Shown here one piece after another: positions 24,334 through 33,756 of a stretch of 38,173 nucleotides of DNA. The notes beneath the pieces are model-generated. The model ran no database searches. It saw nothing but the letters and a program-made list of their open reading frames with translations, and was not told the origin of the DNA. The number at the start of each line of letters is the position of its first letter. Within the stretch, counting starts at the first letter, position 1. Source of the DNA: a virus (lineage: Duplodnaviria; Caudoviricetes); IMG/VR virus record IMGVR_UViG_3300037461_000613, positions 1 to 38,173 of that record; one strand, 5' to 3'. Both the position numbers and the translations under genes were made by a program.

Positions 24334-24689
24334 GAAAGCACCTCGACCTGGTGCGCCACGATCCAGCGCCCGGGGGTGTTGGGGGCCGGGGCGATGGCCG
24401 GCGGGGCGGCATAGAGCATGGTGACATCGGATCCGGTGCGCGGGTGCTTGCGGGTGAATTCAAGCGCGCCGTACTTGAGCGTCGTGCGGTAGAACGTGAT
24501 CAGGTAGCCGATCTCGGCCGTGGAGAGGTTTTGCCGGAATGATACCGGGGCCGGGGCTGCCGTGCCGCGGCGTCGCACCTTGGGCGGCCCGGAGTCCGTC
24601 GGCTGGCGCACCAGGTTGTTGGGTTCCTGCTCGGAGTATCCGTCCTCGAGGGCGTCCTCGGCAACCGTCGCCGGCCAGTCGATAGCCAT
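24330..24689 (-). CDS. Distal tail protein (gpM/Dit-like)
   Basis: GYSE...DSGPPKVRRR...FYRTTLKYGALEF; directly after the tape measure. Confidence 0.8.
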   Translation of the reverse strand: MAIDWPATVAEDALEDGYSEQEPNNLVRQPTDSGPPKVRRRGTAAPAPVSFRQNLSTAEIGYLITFYRTTLKYGALEFTRKHPRTGSDVTMLYAAPPAIAPAPNTPGRWIVAHQVEVLS

Positions 24690-26776
24690 CAGTACCTCCC
24701 GCGCCGCCGGACGCCGGTTGCGTGCTGGTGCGCCCGGAGCACGTCGCCGCCGCCCGCGATGTCGGCGGCCACGACATCGACGATCAGCCTCCGCAGCCCG
24801 GAGGGGTCGATCTCCTCCCGGGGGGCGACCTGGACGCCCGGGGCGTTGTTGTTGATGACCACTTGCAGACCGCCGTCGGAGGCTGACTCGACCCCGAGCC
24901 GGCCGCTTGGAAGGCGCTTAAGCGGCATGATGGCCTCCGGGCCGGCCTCGCCCATCAGTCCCGTACCGCCGGCGAACGGAAATATCGTCGGCCGATTGAC
25001 GACCCCGCCGCGTGCGAACGGCACCGCTCCGGACTGGCCGAAAACAAGTCCCTTTGCCCCGGCCAGAAGCTCCGGGCCGCCGCCACCGAAAAGATCCTTG
25101 AGCCAGCCGCCGAGAGATCCCATCAGCCCGCCCCCGCCCGAGGTGGCGCCGACCGATTTGCTGCCGAAAATGGCCTCGGTGGCCATCTGCCCGGCCATGT
25201 CGGCCGCGGCTCGCTGAATGGACTCGAAGATGGCGTTGGCGTAGTCATCCAGCGACTTCAACTCGCCCTTGAACGCATCGAAGAAAAGGTTGGAGAAGTT
25301 GTCCTGCATGCGCTCGGCGGTCCGCTCGGAGAGCTGCACCATGTAGTCGAAGCCCGTCTCCATGGACTTGGCGATCTCGTTGATCTGCTCGTCGAGCCCC
25401 TCTTTCTGCAAAAACGGAATCTCTTTTTCCAGGCGGCGCGTGTCGCCCTCGGAGGCCTTCTTGTAAAGTTCCATGTTGAACTCGGAGGCCGCCTGCGTGG
25501 TCTTGATCAGCTCCTGGCGAAGCAGCTCGAGCTTCTCGTAGTCGTCCTCCCAGGCCCCGTAGGAGGTCAGCCCCGATGAGGAGCTCATGTATTCCTTCCA
25601 GGCTTTTTCGGATTCCTTTTTGGCCGCCTCGATCTGCTCCAGGTAGGACTTCCAGCGGGCGTCGGCGTCGTAGGCGATTTCGTTGTCGGATACGCGCCGC
25701 CCGCCGTAAAATTCAGGCTCAAGCGACCCAAAGCGGCCCCGCACGTTGCCGCGGCCGAAGTCGGTCATCCCCTCCATCGGGATGGCCTTGCGGCGGGCCA
25801 TCAAGCGGCGATATTCGACGTCCTGCGGCTCGTTGTACCCCCAGGACTTGCGGCTCTCCATGTCGCCGTACTTCTTGTTCAGCTCGGCGATCCGGGCGTC
25901 GATGCTCGCGATCGAGCTGCCGTACTCCCTGGCGGCGTCAGAGCCGGCTTTAAGCTCCATGTTTATCCGCCGCAGCACTCCGGCCACCGCCTCAAAAAGC
26001 GGGTTGCTTTCCTCGGCTATTTTCTTGCTCAACGCGGCCATGGCGTCGGTCCACTCGGATGTGGCCTTGGCCACGCCGTCGAGCGACCCCTGGGACGATC
26101 CGATGCGCCGGATCATGTCCTCGCCGGACTTCAAAACCGAATTCATGAACGCCTGGCGCTTTTCGGTATCGCTCAAAGCGTCGGCCGTCTTCCCAAGCGA
26201 GCGCGCGTAGTCCTGGTTTGCCTTGTCGACGTCGACGATGATCCCGAGGTTATCGAGGATCATCCGCGACTGCCTGGCGACGCCGAGCGTAATGTCGTTG
26301 AAGGCCTCGGTCATGGTCTGGCCGGTGGCGCGGCTGGTGGCCGCGGCGATCTTCATCAGCTCGGAGATCTTCTCGGCCGGGATGTTCATCAGCATGGCCT
26401 TGCCGGCTGCGGCCATGAGATCGGCCTCGGCGATCATGCCGCCCGAGGCCTGCTTGAGGGATTCGACCATCCGTCCGGCGCTCGTGCCGGCCGAGGCCGC
26501 CAGGTTGTCAAAAGCCTTGGCCTGCTTGTCGAGCAGGACGCCGGCCTGAGACATTTCAACGACCTGGCCGATGGTGCGAAAAGCGGCGTAGATCGCCGCA
26601 GCTCCGGCCACGGCGCCGGCCTTCATCTTGTCCCAGTTGAAGGAGCTCTCGGCCGCCTTGGCGGTCTTGGCCATGTCCTGCTGCAGGCCGGTGAGCTGGC
26701 CCTTCAGCTCGCGGAAAGCCGCCTCGCTCTGATTCTTCGCCTGGAGTAGAACTTCAAGTTTTACGTCGTCGGCCAT
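24689..26776 (-). CDS. Tail tape measure protein (lambda-type C-terminus)
   Basis: Helical, Ala-rich; GVARQSRMILDNLGI; FARGGVVNRPT...GEAGPEAIMPL. Confidence 0.92.
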   Translation of the reverse strand: MADDVKLEVLLQAKNQSEAAFRELKGQLTGLQQDMAKTAKAAESSFNWDKMKAGAVAGAAAIYAAFRTIGQVVEMSQAGVLLDKQAKAFDNLAASAGTSAGRMVESLKQASGGMIAEADLMAAAGKAMLMNIPAEKISELMKIAAATSRATGQTMTEAFNDITLGVARQSRMILDNLGIIVDVDKANQDYARSLGKTADALSDTEKRQAFMNSVLKSGEDMIRRIGSSQGSLDGVAKATSEWTDAMAALSKKIAEESNPLFEAVAGVLRRINMELKAGSDAAREYGSSIASIDARIAELNKKYGDMESRKSWGYNEPQDVEYRRLMARRKAIPMEGMTDFGRGNVRGRFGSLEPEFYGGRRVSDNEIAYDADARWKSYLEQIEAAKKESEKAWKEYMSSSSGLTSYGAWEDDYEKLELLRQELIKTTQAASEFNMELYKKASEGDTRRLEKEIPFLQKEGLDEQINEIAKSMETGFDYMVQLSERTAERMQDNFSNLFFDAFKGELKSLDDYANAIFESIQRAAADMAGQMATEAIFGSKSVGATSGGGGLMGSLGGWLKDLFGGGGPELLAGAKGLVFGQSGAVPFARGGVVNRPTIFPFAGGTGLMGEAGPEAIMPLKRLPSGRLGVESASDGGLQVVINNNAPGVQVAPREEIDPSGLRRLIVDVVAADIAGGGDVLRAHQHATGVRRRGRY

Positions 26777-26780
26777 TTCA

Positions 26781-27428
26781 TCACCACATCGCAAATTCCT
26801 GGGGCGTGTAGAGCACGCCGCCTGGGGCTCCGGCGCCGCGCGCGATCAGGCGGAAGTTGCGCCGGATCCGCACGGCCGACTTGTCTTTTTCAGCCGCCCA
26901 GAAGGGGGCGATGATCGGCCGGGGCGGGGTCACCAGCCGCTTGGTGGAAAGGCGCAAAAAGAGCGGGTTGCCCAGCCGCCGTCCGCGCCGGGAGCGCGAG
27001 AAGCTCCGCTGCGCCCCGCGGCGGCGCATGTACATGCGCAGCTCCGGCGTCACCGGCCGCGAGAACCCCTTCTGCTGCATCTCGGCCGCGCGGCGCACCC
27101 AAAAGGGCGAGCGGGAGGTGAACCCCAGGCGCATCTCGCCCGACGACTCGTTGACGACGTAGGTCAGGCCGGCGGCGAGCCTCTGAAGCGCCCGGGGCTG
27201 GCGCAGGCCGGTTTTGCGGTTGATCGTCCGCGCAATGATCGAAAGCTCCGCGAAGGCATTGCCAGGGGCCGGCTTCCCCATGCGGATGGCGTTGGCGATG
27301 GTCTCCTTGAGCGAAAAGCCCTCGACCTTGATCGCGTTCAACTGCGCCTTGCGGATGTTCGCATCGGCCGTGTCCACGGTTCTTACGAGCTTTTTAATGT
27401 CAGAGGATTTGACGTTTAGCTGGATCAT
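26781..27428 (-). CDS. Basic tail completion / neck protein (gpZ-like)
   Basis: MIQLNVK start overlaps the previous TGA; Arg-rich; PRPIIAP motif. Confidence 0.65.
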   Translation of the reverse strand: MIQLNVKSSDIKKLVRTVDTADANIRKAQLNAIKVEGFSLKETIANAIRMGKPAPGNAFAELSIIARTINRKTGLRQPRALQRLAAGLTYVVNESSGEMRLGFTSRSPFWVRRAAEMQQKGFSRPVTPELRMYMRRRGAQRSFSRSRRGRRLGNPLFLRLSTKRLVTPPRPIIAPFWAAEKDKSAVRIRRNFRLIARGAGAPGGVLYTPQEFAMW

Positions 27429-27760
27429 GATTCGGGCACCTTGTTCATCTTTTTGAGCGCCGCGGCCTCGATGGCCTGGATCTTGCCCAGGAGGGCCGGG
27501 GTGATTTCGATCCGCATGAGCCGGGAGAGCTTGAGCACCAGGCCGTAGTCCAGCCCGATCACCCCCATGCCGGCCGCCCGCCACTGTGTCCTGCACGCCT
27601 GCCAGAGCTCCCAGGCGTCGATGTTCCCCGGCATCAGCCCGGGGGCGGCTCCGTACTCGCAAGTGCTGCAGGGTGGCTCCCGCTTGACGCTGCGGCAGGT
27701 TCCGCAGTATTCGGCCCGCCGGGAGTCGTTGACCCACTCCCAGCGCTCGAGGAGTTTTTT
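27425..27760 (-). CDS. Tail assembly chaperone T-segment (DUF1799-like), reached by -1 frameshift
   Basis: -1 frame open from slippery A AAA AAC to TGA 27425; TQWR...IGLDY motif. Confidence 0.75.
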   Translation of the reverse strand, partial: KKLLERWEWVNDSRRAEYCGTCRSVKREPPCSTCEYGAAPGLMPGNIDAWELWQACRTQWRAAGMGVIGLDYGLVLKLSRLMRIEITPALLGKIQAIEAAALKKMNKVPES

Positions 27761-28068
27761 TCCTCTCCCGGGGTGCCGTAGGTCTCGGCGATGATCGCCC
27801 GGAACGCATCGTGCAGGCCCTTGACGCCGCCCGCCCGGTCGATCCGCTCGATTCCCTCTTTTCCAAACACGGCCGAAAGCGCCGCGTCCATGATCTCGCC
27901 CATGCGCTCCTGCTGGTCGTCCGCGCCCGGCGTGATCTCCGGCACGAAAAGAAAGCGGCCGTAGCCGAGCTTGCGCATCTTCGCCGCGCTCACCTCGGAC
28001 AGCCGCAGGCCCCGCGCCGTGAACTTCTCCCCCCCTATTTCGATCTCCCGCACGATTTCCTCCCCCAC
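27634..28068 (-). CDS. Tail assembly chaperone G
   Basis: Directly after the tail tube gene; EEKN encoded by GAA AAA AAC. Confidence 0.8.
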   Translation of the reverse strand: MGEEIVREIEIGGEKFTARGLRLSEVSAAKMRKLGYGRFLFVPEITPGADDQQERMGEIMDAALSAVFGKEGIERIDRAGGVKGLHDAFRAIIAETYGTPGEEKNSSSAGSGSTTPGGPNTAEPAAASSGSHPAALASTEPPPG

Positions 28069-28081
28069 TGCGTTTTTTCGG

Positions 28082-29023
28082 TTATGCGTAGCTCGCCACG
28101 CCGTTCGTCACCCGCGCCACGATCGCAGAGGCCTCGGAGCCGTCGTTGTAAAAGGCCCGGAAGGGCATGTCGACATCGAGCCCCTGGGGGCCGGTGATCT
28201 CGGGCGTGGTCCACTCGTAGTAGAGCTCCTGGGCCTCCAGCTCGAAGATACTCGACGCCGAACCGGTCCAGGTGGCCTTGACCCCGCTCTCGGTCAGCGC
28301 AGCGCCCTTGGCGAGCAGCGTCGTGTCCTCGAAGAGCGTCCGCACCCGGCCGGATATCCCCACGATGCCCTCGGGGATGGAGCCCAGCACCCCGCCCGCG
28401 CCGATCGTGTACTGCGAGAGATCGAGGCCGAAATCGACGTTGAAGCCCACGAGCTTCGCGTTCGTGAGCGAGGAGCCGCCCTCGGTGACCGCCGCCTGGA
28501 AGTTCTGCAGCCGGGCGAGCGCCACCGCGGTCGGCGTGCAGAAGGCTGCGTTTTCGAAGCTGTGGTTCGCGCCGGCGACGTCGAGCGAAAGCACGAGCTC
28601 GCCGTCGCCCCCGGTTTCGATCGCAAACGATGCGATCTTGCAGCCCACGAACCGGCTGTACTTGTCCGTGGCGAGATCCGTGAACGGCACCTCGAGCGTG
28701 ATCGATGGCATGGTGGCGCCGATCTTGAACTCGTGCACGTAAGGGCCCGCGCCGGTCGTCACGGGCGCCCCGAACATGGCCTTCAGCCAATAGGGCAGCG
28801 CCAGCGAGTCCACCGGGATTACGATCGGCCCGCGCACGCTCTTGTTGCCGGCGAAGGGCTGGGTGGGGCTGCGGTTCGCCGTGAGGGTCGCCGCCGCATT
28901 GATCGCCCGCTGCGCCTTCAGCCCGAAGCTGTTGACCTGGACCTGGAAGCCGGCGGCCGGGGCCGTGCCGAAAACAGATTCAAAGCCGATGTTGACGGCG
29001 ATGGTGCCTTTTTGCTGAGCCAT
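28082..29023 (-). CDS. Major tail tube protein
   Basis: IGFESVFGTAP, YVHEF, RFVGCKI patterns; position before the chaperones. Confidence 0.85.
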   Translation of the reverse strand: MAQQKGTIAVNIGFESVFGTAPAAGFQVQVNSFGLKAQRAINAAATLTANRSPTQPFAGNKSVRGPIVIPVDSLALPYWLKAMFGAPVTTGAGPYVHEFKIGATMPSITLEVPFTDLATDKYSRFVGCKIASFAIETGGDGELVLSLDVAGANHSFENAAFCTPTAVALARLQNFQAAVTEGGSSLTNAKLVGFNVDFGLDLSQYTIGAGGVLGSIPEGIVGISGRVRTLFEDTTLLAKGAALTESGVKATWTGSASSIFELEAQELYYEWTTPEITGPQGLDVDMPFRAFYNDGSEASAIVARVTNGVASYA

Positions 29024-29041
29024 GGCTCAAGTCCTCCTATT

Positions 29042-29518
29042 TTAGCCCAGCGGATCCATGCCGAGCGTAAGTTCTGTTTTGAAATCAAGGTCAATATATG
29101 CGTAAACCTCCGGCAGCGCCCCGAGGGTGTCTGCCGATAGGCTGTAGCCCATGACGGTATTCGCCGGCAGGGACGCCTTGACGGCATCTATGACGAGCTG
29201 GGCCAGATCGAGCACCAGCTCCACGCCGGCCGGCTGGTCGAGGTTGCCGTAAGCCGTGCTTGCGAGCGCGTCCTTGTTGATGGCCAGGTCCACCGCTATC
29301 GAGTAGTTCTGCTCCCTGCGCTCCTGGTGTTTTTGGACGCCCGGGGTGTGCATGATCGCATACGGCATATCGGACGCCGACGGCAGCCCCGCTGATGTGA
29401 CATCCGCGAATACGTTCAGCTTCGTTCCGGCCCCGAACTGCGTGACGCACCAGGACTCGATCGCCGCGTTGCCGGCGATGGCGGTGACAAAGGTGTTGAA
29501 AAAGTCGTAGTTGTCCAT
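29042..29518 (-). CDS. Tail terminator (gpU-like)
   Basis: Acidic 158 aa directly upstream of the tube; DMPYAIM motif. Confidence 0.6.
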   Translation of the reverse strand: MDNYDFFNTFVTAIAGNAAIESWCVTQFGAGTKLNVFADVTSAGLPSASDMPYAIMHTPGVQKHQERREQNYSIAVDLAINKDALASTAYGNLDQPAGVELVLDLAQLVIDAVKASLPANTVMGYSLSADTLGALPEVYAYIDLDFKTELTLGMDPLG

Positions 29519-29914
29519 CTACGCCTTCGGCTTCCTGGATAGCCGTCCCTTGACTTTTTTTACCAGGCTGCCGGCCGTTTCGGTCGTCAGCCCGGCCGCC
29601 TCGATGGCGGTTTCGGCGGCCCAGGCAAGCGGAGTAGGCCGGGGGTTATCCCCGGCCTGGCCCGGGTCCGCGGCGGCGGCCTCATCGTCGGCCGTCTCCA
29701 GCCCCGCCGCCTGGATCTCCACGGCCTCGCCCGCGCCATTTACAGGCGCAGTGTCGGCGTCCTTTACCGTGACCTCGACCGCCTTGCCGAGCCGGATCAG
29801 CTCGATGGCATCTTTTTCGGACAGGCCCACGGACTCGTCCAAGACCTCTCCCGCCATCACGATCCGGTTCAGCACGACGGTGTGCCGCGCGATCCTGATG
29901 CGCATCATGGCCAC
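29519..29914 (-). CDS. Head assembly accessory protein (gpFI-like position)
   Basis: AGEVL...AIELIRLGKAVE N-terminal domain plus low-complexity tail. Confidence 0.55.
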   Translation of the reverse strand: MAMMRIRIARHTVVLNRIVMAGEVLDESVGLSEKDAIELIRLGKAVEVTVKDADTAPVNGAGEAVEIQAAGLETADDEAAAADPGQAGDNPRPTPLAWAAETAIEAAGLTTETAGSLVKKVKGRLSRKPKA

Positions 29915-30373
29915 CTAGTAGGCCCCGCCGATCGCCGGGAGGTACTGCGGACCGCGGCGCAGCGCCCAGGCGGCGACCGGGATGCCCGATGTGTGCGTGC
30001 CGGTGAAGTTGAGCACCACGCGCGTGTAGCGCTTGCTGCCGCGGTACTCCGTCCAGTAAAACTGGCTATCCTCCGTCGGTGCGTCGATCAAGCCGAAGCA
30101 TCCGGTGTTCGCCCCGGAAACCGCGTTGGTCAGCTTGGCGGCCGGGACCGCGGTGAAGCTCGAGTTGTCGTCCGACTCCTCGAGCTCGCACTCGACCTTG
30201 ACGGATCCCGAAAGCGTGTCTCCCGAGTCCCCCAGGTGCACGACGTGCACGACCTCCTTGAAGCCGCGGCCGTCGACGCTCGTGCAGTTGGTGTCCGGAG
30301 CGGCGCCGGACTTCACCACCGGAAGCAGGGTCGAGGAGAGGATGTCGTCCGATGCGTTGAAATCCTTGATCAT
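29915..30373 (-). CDS. Capsid decoration/cement protein
   Basis: VDGRGF...LEESDDNSSFT...YRGSKRYTRV; directly after the capsid gene. Confidence 0.7.
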   Translation of the reverse strand: MIKDFNASDDILSSTLLPVVKSGAAPDTNCTSVDGRGFKEVVHVVHLGDSGDTLSGSVKVECELEESDDNSSFTAVPAAKLTNAVSGANTGCFGLIDAPTEDSQFYWTEYRGSKRYTRVVLNFTGTHTSGIPVAAWALRRGPQYLPAIGGAY

Positions 30374-30394
30374 GGCTTTTTCTCCTTGTGTGGC

Positions 30395-30423
30395 GGGCCG
30401 GGGCCCGTATGCTGCCCCGGCCC
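30395..30423. other. Intergenic hairpin after the capsid gene (mRNA stability or partial terminator)
   Basis: gggccggggc / gccccggccc, 10-bp stem, no U tract. Confidence 0.5.
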
Positions 30424-30455
30424 TATCGATTTGGACTTCGGCGTCCTATCGTTCG

Positions 30456-32327
30456 TTAGGTGGTCAGCGCGTCCTTCATGGCGGAGAAGGAGACCGCGTT
30501 CTTGACGGCGATGTCGACATCCTGCAGCGCGATCACACGCACCGTGCCCTGCAGGCCGCCGGTAATCGGGTCGACCATAATGTCGAGGGCACCCCACTGG
30601 CCGATGACCAGGTCGGCGAAGTTGCCGAAGATGATCGCCGAGCAGACGTTGGAGGAGCCCTTGGTGAGCGTGCTCGGGACCTGGTTGCTGACGGCCGCCC
30701 GGTAGCCGATGACCCGGCCCATTCCGTCCGCACCGTCCGTCCAGACCGGGATCTCGCCGTAGGTGGCGTTGGTGAATACCGTGCGCAGCTTGCCGCGCAC
30801 CTTGGCGTTGGTCAGGAATGCGAGCGCCCCGACGTCCGCGTTGTCGATGGCGACCTCGGACTCCAGGCCCACGATGTTCGCGTAGGTGGGGGCCTTGCCG
30901 TTGGTGCCGCCGACGACCGCCCCGATCCCGACCACGTTCAGGATCCCGCGCGGCTCGGGCGAGCTGCCGGAGCCGTTGATGGCCGCCCGGTCGATCTCGA
31001 GCGCCACGGTGGTGGCGAGCTCGTTTCGGACGTACATCTCGACGTCGAGGGAGCTCTGCAGCAGGAGCTTGCGGCTGATGTCGCTGTAGGCCCCGACCGT
31101 TTTCGGCGTGAGCGCCACCTGACGGAAGGTCTGGGTGGACTCGGTCGTAATGTCGGTGGACTCGCCGACCCAGTAGGCCGTGGACCCCGCGAGCGCTCCG
31201 GGGATGGCGACGTCGCCCACCAGGCCGGTCAGCATGCGGGTGCCGAGCTGGGCGATCACCATCTTGTTGCGCAGCAGCGTGATGAAGTCGGCCGCCAGCA
31301 GGTTGGTGTCCACCAGGTGCCCGCCCTGGGCGTCCGTGGTGACGTTCAGGTCGCGCCGGAGCACGTCCATCGGGACGAACCCGCCGCGGGCGCTCTTGCC
31401 GAGCTGCTTGGCGACAGCGTCCGAGCACTCGAACTCGAACGCGGCGTGCTCGCGCCGGCCGGTGGAAAGCGCGTGCAGCAGGCGCACGAAGGAGAACTGC
31501 CGCGCCTGGCGGTCCGAGAGCCCGATGTCCGGGGTGGTCTCGACCGGCTTGACCTTGCCGATCTTCTCCAGCACCTGCATGCGGAACTCGTCCACGGAGG
31601 CGCCGCGGTTGATCGCCTCGCCGGCGAAGTCGCGCAGGTTGAACTTCTCCCCGTAGGCCGTGATCTCGCGGATGCGGGTCTGCTCGGCCTGGCGGGCTTT
31701 CTCGGTGATGTCCTTGATCTTCGCGGCCTCGGCGGCCGGGTCGGGTTGAACGGTCTCTTTTTCCATGGGAATCTCCTTTTGATCGTATTTGATGACAAGT
31801 GAGTGGTTGCGCTGCTGGTCGGAGGCCTCGCGGCCCACCCCCACCGTCACGTCGGCCGGAACGGAAACGAGGCTCACCTCGAACGGTTCCCAGTCCATGA
31901 TTCGGTAGGTCTCGACCCCTTCCTTTTCCTCGACCAGCACCGCGCGGTGCACGATGTAGCCCACCGAGACACTCTTGCGGATCCCGTCGATGACGTCCTG
32001 CCAGATCTCCTCGGCGCGCGCGCTCTTACCGAAACGCGCGATGGCCCGCCCCTTGCGGTCATCGCCGATCCAGACCTTTTCGAGGACACCGACCTGGTCG
32101 CGGGAATTGTGATCCATGAGAAGCGCGCCGCTCGCCTTCAGGCGCTTGACGCGCATGCTTCCGGGCTCGTGATCCAGTATCTCTACACCCCACCATCGCT
32201 CGTAGGGCTCATCCGATGAAAACGACAGCTCCACCGTGCGGCCCTTCTCGTCTACCGCGGACCGGTCGATCTCCATCTGGCGGAACTGGTTTTTCTCAAT
32301 CTGCTTGGTTTTGGTTTTTTGTGCCAT
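30456..32327 (-). CDS. Fused HK97-type prohead protease and major capsid protein
   Basis: N-terminal LLMDHN, SVSVGY, EPFEVSLVSVPAD; C-terminal GGHLV, AYWVGE, SRKLLLQS, IFGNF. Confidence 0.92.
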   Translation of the reverse strand: MAQKTKTKQIEKNQFRQMEIDRSAVDEKGRTVELSFSSDEPYERWWGVEILDHEPGSMRVKRLKASGALLMDHNSRDQVGVLEKVWIGDDRKGRAIARFGKSARAEEIWQDVIDGIRKSVSVGYIVHRAVLVEEKEGVETYRIMDWEPFEVSLVSVPADVTVGVGREASDQQRNHSLVIKYDQKEIPMEKETVQPDPAAEAAKIKDITEKARQAEQTRIREITAYGEKFNLRDFAGEAINRGASVDEFRMQVLEKIGKVKPVETTPDIGLSDRQARQFSFVRLLHALSTGRREHAAFEFECSDAVAKQLGKSARGGFVPMDVLRRDLNVTTDAQGGHLVDTNLLAADFITLLRNKMVIAQLGTRMLTGLVGDVAIPGALAGSTAYWVGESTDITTESTQTFRQVALTPKTVGAYSDISRKLLLQSSLDVEMYVRNELATTVALEIDRAAINGSGSSPEPRGILNVVGIGAVVGGTNGKAPTYANIVGLESEVAIDNADVGALAFLTNAKVRGKLRTVFTNATYGEIPVWTDGADGMGRVIGYRAAVSNQVPSTLTKGSSNVCSAIIFGNFADLVIGQWGALDIMVDPITGGLQGTVRVIALQDVDIAVKNAVSFSAMKDALTT

Positions 32328-33756
32328 CTTCACATCCCTTTCCTTTGCCTATCGAGCCGGACACGTCGATTTCGAGTCGCTCGGCGGCTTCTTTTTCGGC
32401 GTGCAGCTCGGTATAGACGTCGTCTATGTCAAGCCCGAGGTCGCCCGCGATCCGCGTGCGGGAGTTGACCCCCAAGCGCACCTCGCGCTCGCGCGCATCG
32501 ATGTCCTTTGACGGGTCGATCCAGCTCCAGCGCTTGGACTGCCAAACCGGCGCGTTCCAGCGCTCCAGATCGCGCATGGGCAGCGCGAGCTTTCCGGATG
32601 CGATCGCGTGCGGCAGCCAGGCCTCGAAAATCGGCTGCACGAGATGCTCGACCAGAAAGCCCTGCAGCATCATGTAAAACGTGCGCTCCTCGAGCAGCCC
32701 CTGCCGCCCGGAGCTGTAGCTCGTCTCGGTCAGGTCGTTTGCGAGCGAGATGTAGGAAATGTTCAGCCCAGAGGCGATCCCTTTCAGCGCGGACTTGCAG
32801 AAATCACCGAACGCCTGGTTGGGATGCGTAGGGTCGAAGGTCTTGAACTCGTAGCCGCTCGGAAGCTCCTGGAACTTGCCAGGCGATACCTCGTCGATCA
32901 GGTTACCGGACGAATCCTTGTCGTCGTATGGATAGGCGCCCTCGGAGTTGCGCGTGAAAAAACCCATTTTCGCGGCGGAGACCCTGGCGGCCACGGCCTC
33001 GCTGTAGCGGTACTGGCCGAGCTGGTGCAGGTCCTTCAGCGCCGCGACCGTCCACGGGTAGCCGCGGGTCTGCTCCGCGCGCTCGGTGACGAAAACGTGC
33101 AGGACCTCCGCGGCCGATACCCGCTGGCGCTTCTGCGCCGGCTGCAGCGGGTACTCGCTTCGGCCGGGGTGGTTCGTCAGGATGTGGTAGGCCACCGGCC
33201 CCTTCCACTCGTCAAGCTCGACCCCCATGACGATCCCGTTGGCGATGTCGTTGTAGTCGTGGTCGAGGTATTCTGGGTCGAGCAGCTGCACGGCAAAGGC
33301 GAAGTCGTTGCGGGCGAAGCCGGAGACCGTGCGGGCGATCATCTCGCCGTCCCGGGCGAGCCCTTTTATTCCCAGTGCGAGCAGGTCGGTAAAGGACAGC
33401 TTTCGGGTCACGGTGCAGTTGGCCGGGCGGCACCAGGCGCTCCAGGCCGCCTCGATCTTCTGATTGGCGTTGTCGTCCGGCTTTCCGTCCGGGCGCTTGA
33501 CCTTGCTCTGCAACCGTATTCCCTGGGGTCCGACAACGTTGCCGGCGAGCAGCTCAAGGAATCGGCGTCCGTAGCCGTTGTTTGCGCAAAGGTCGCGGCT
33601 GCGGGAGCGCAAAACCGTCAGCCCGGCGCGGATGTCGGCGTCGATGGCGTATGAAGATGTCACCCAATCCGCCAGCAGGCGCGACATGCGGGCGGCATCG
33701 AACGCCCGCGCGGCGATCGGTTTGCGGCTGAACAAGCGCTTGATGGCGCTAATCAT
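32296..33756 (-). CDS. Portal protein, lambda family
   Basis: LRSRSRDL, VVGPQGI, MGVELD, RAEQTRGYP, SYSSGR, WIDPSKD. Confidence 0.95.
   Translation of the reverse strand: MISAIKRLFSRKPIAARAFDAARMSRLLADWVTSSYAIDADIRAGLTVLRSRSRDLCANNGYGRRFLELLAGNVVGPQGIRLQSKVKRPDGKPDDNANQKIEAAWSAWCRPANCTVTRKLSFTDLLALGIKGLARDGEMIARTVSGFARNDFAFAVQLLDPEYLDHDYNDIANGIVMGVELDEWKGPVAYHILTNHPGRSEYPLQPAQKRQRVSAAEVLHVFVTERAEQTRGYPWTVAALKDLHQLGQYRYSEAVAARVSAAKMGFFTRNSEGAYPYDDKDSSGNLIDEVSPGKFQELPSGYEFKTFDPTHPNQAFGDFCKSALKGIASGLNISYISLANDLTETSYSSGRQGLLEERTFYMMLQGFLVEHLVQPIFEAWLPHAIASGKLALPMRDLERWNAPVWQSKRWSWIDPSKDIDAREREVRLGVNSRTRIAGDLGLDIDDVYTELHAEKEAAERLEIDVSGSIGKGKGCEDGTKNQNQAD

Noticed and set aside
27429-27866. N-terminal 146 aa of the 361-aa ORF 26781..27866
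   Set aside because: It overlaps the G/T chaperone frames; the credible start is ATG 27428, coupled to the upstream stop.
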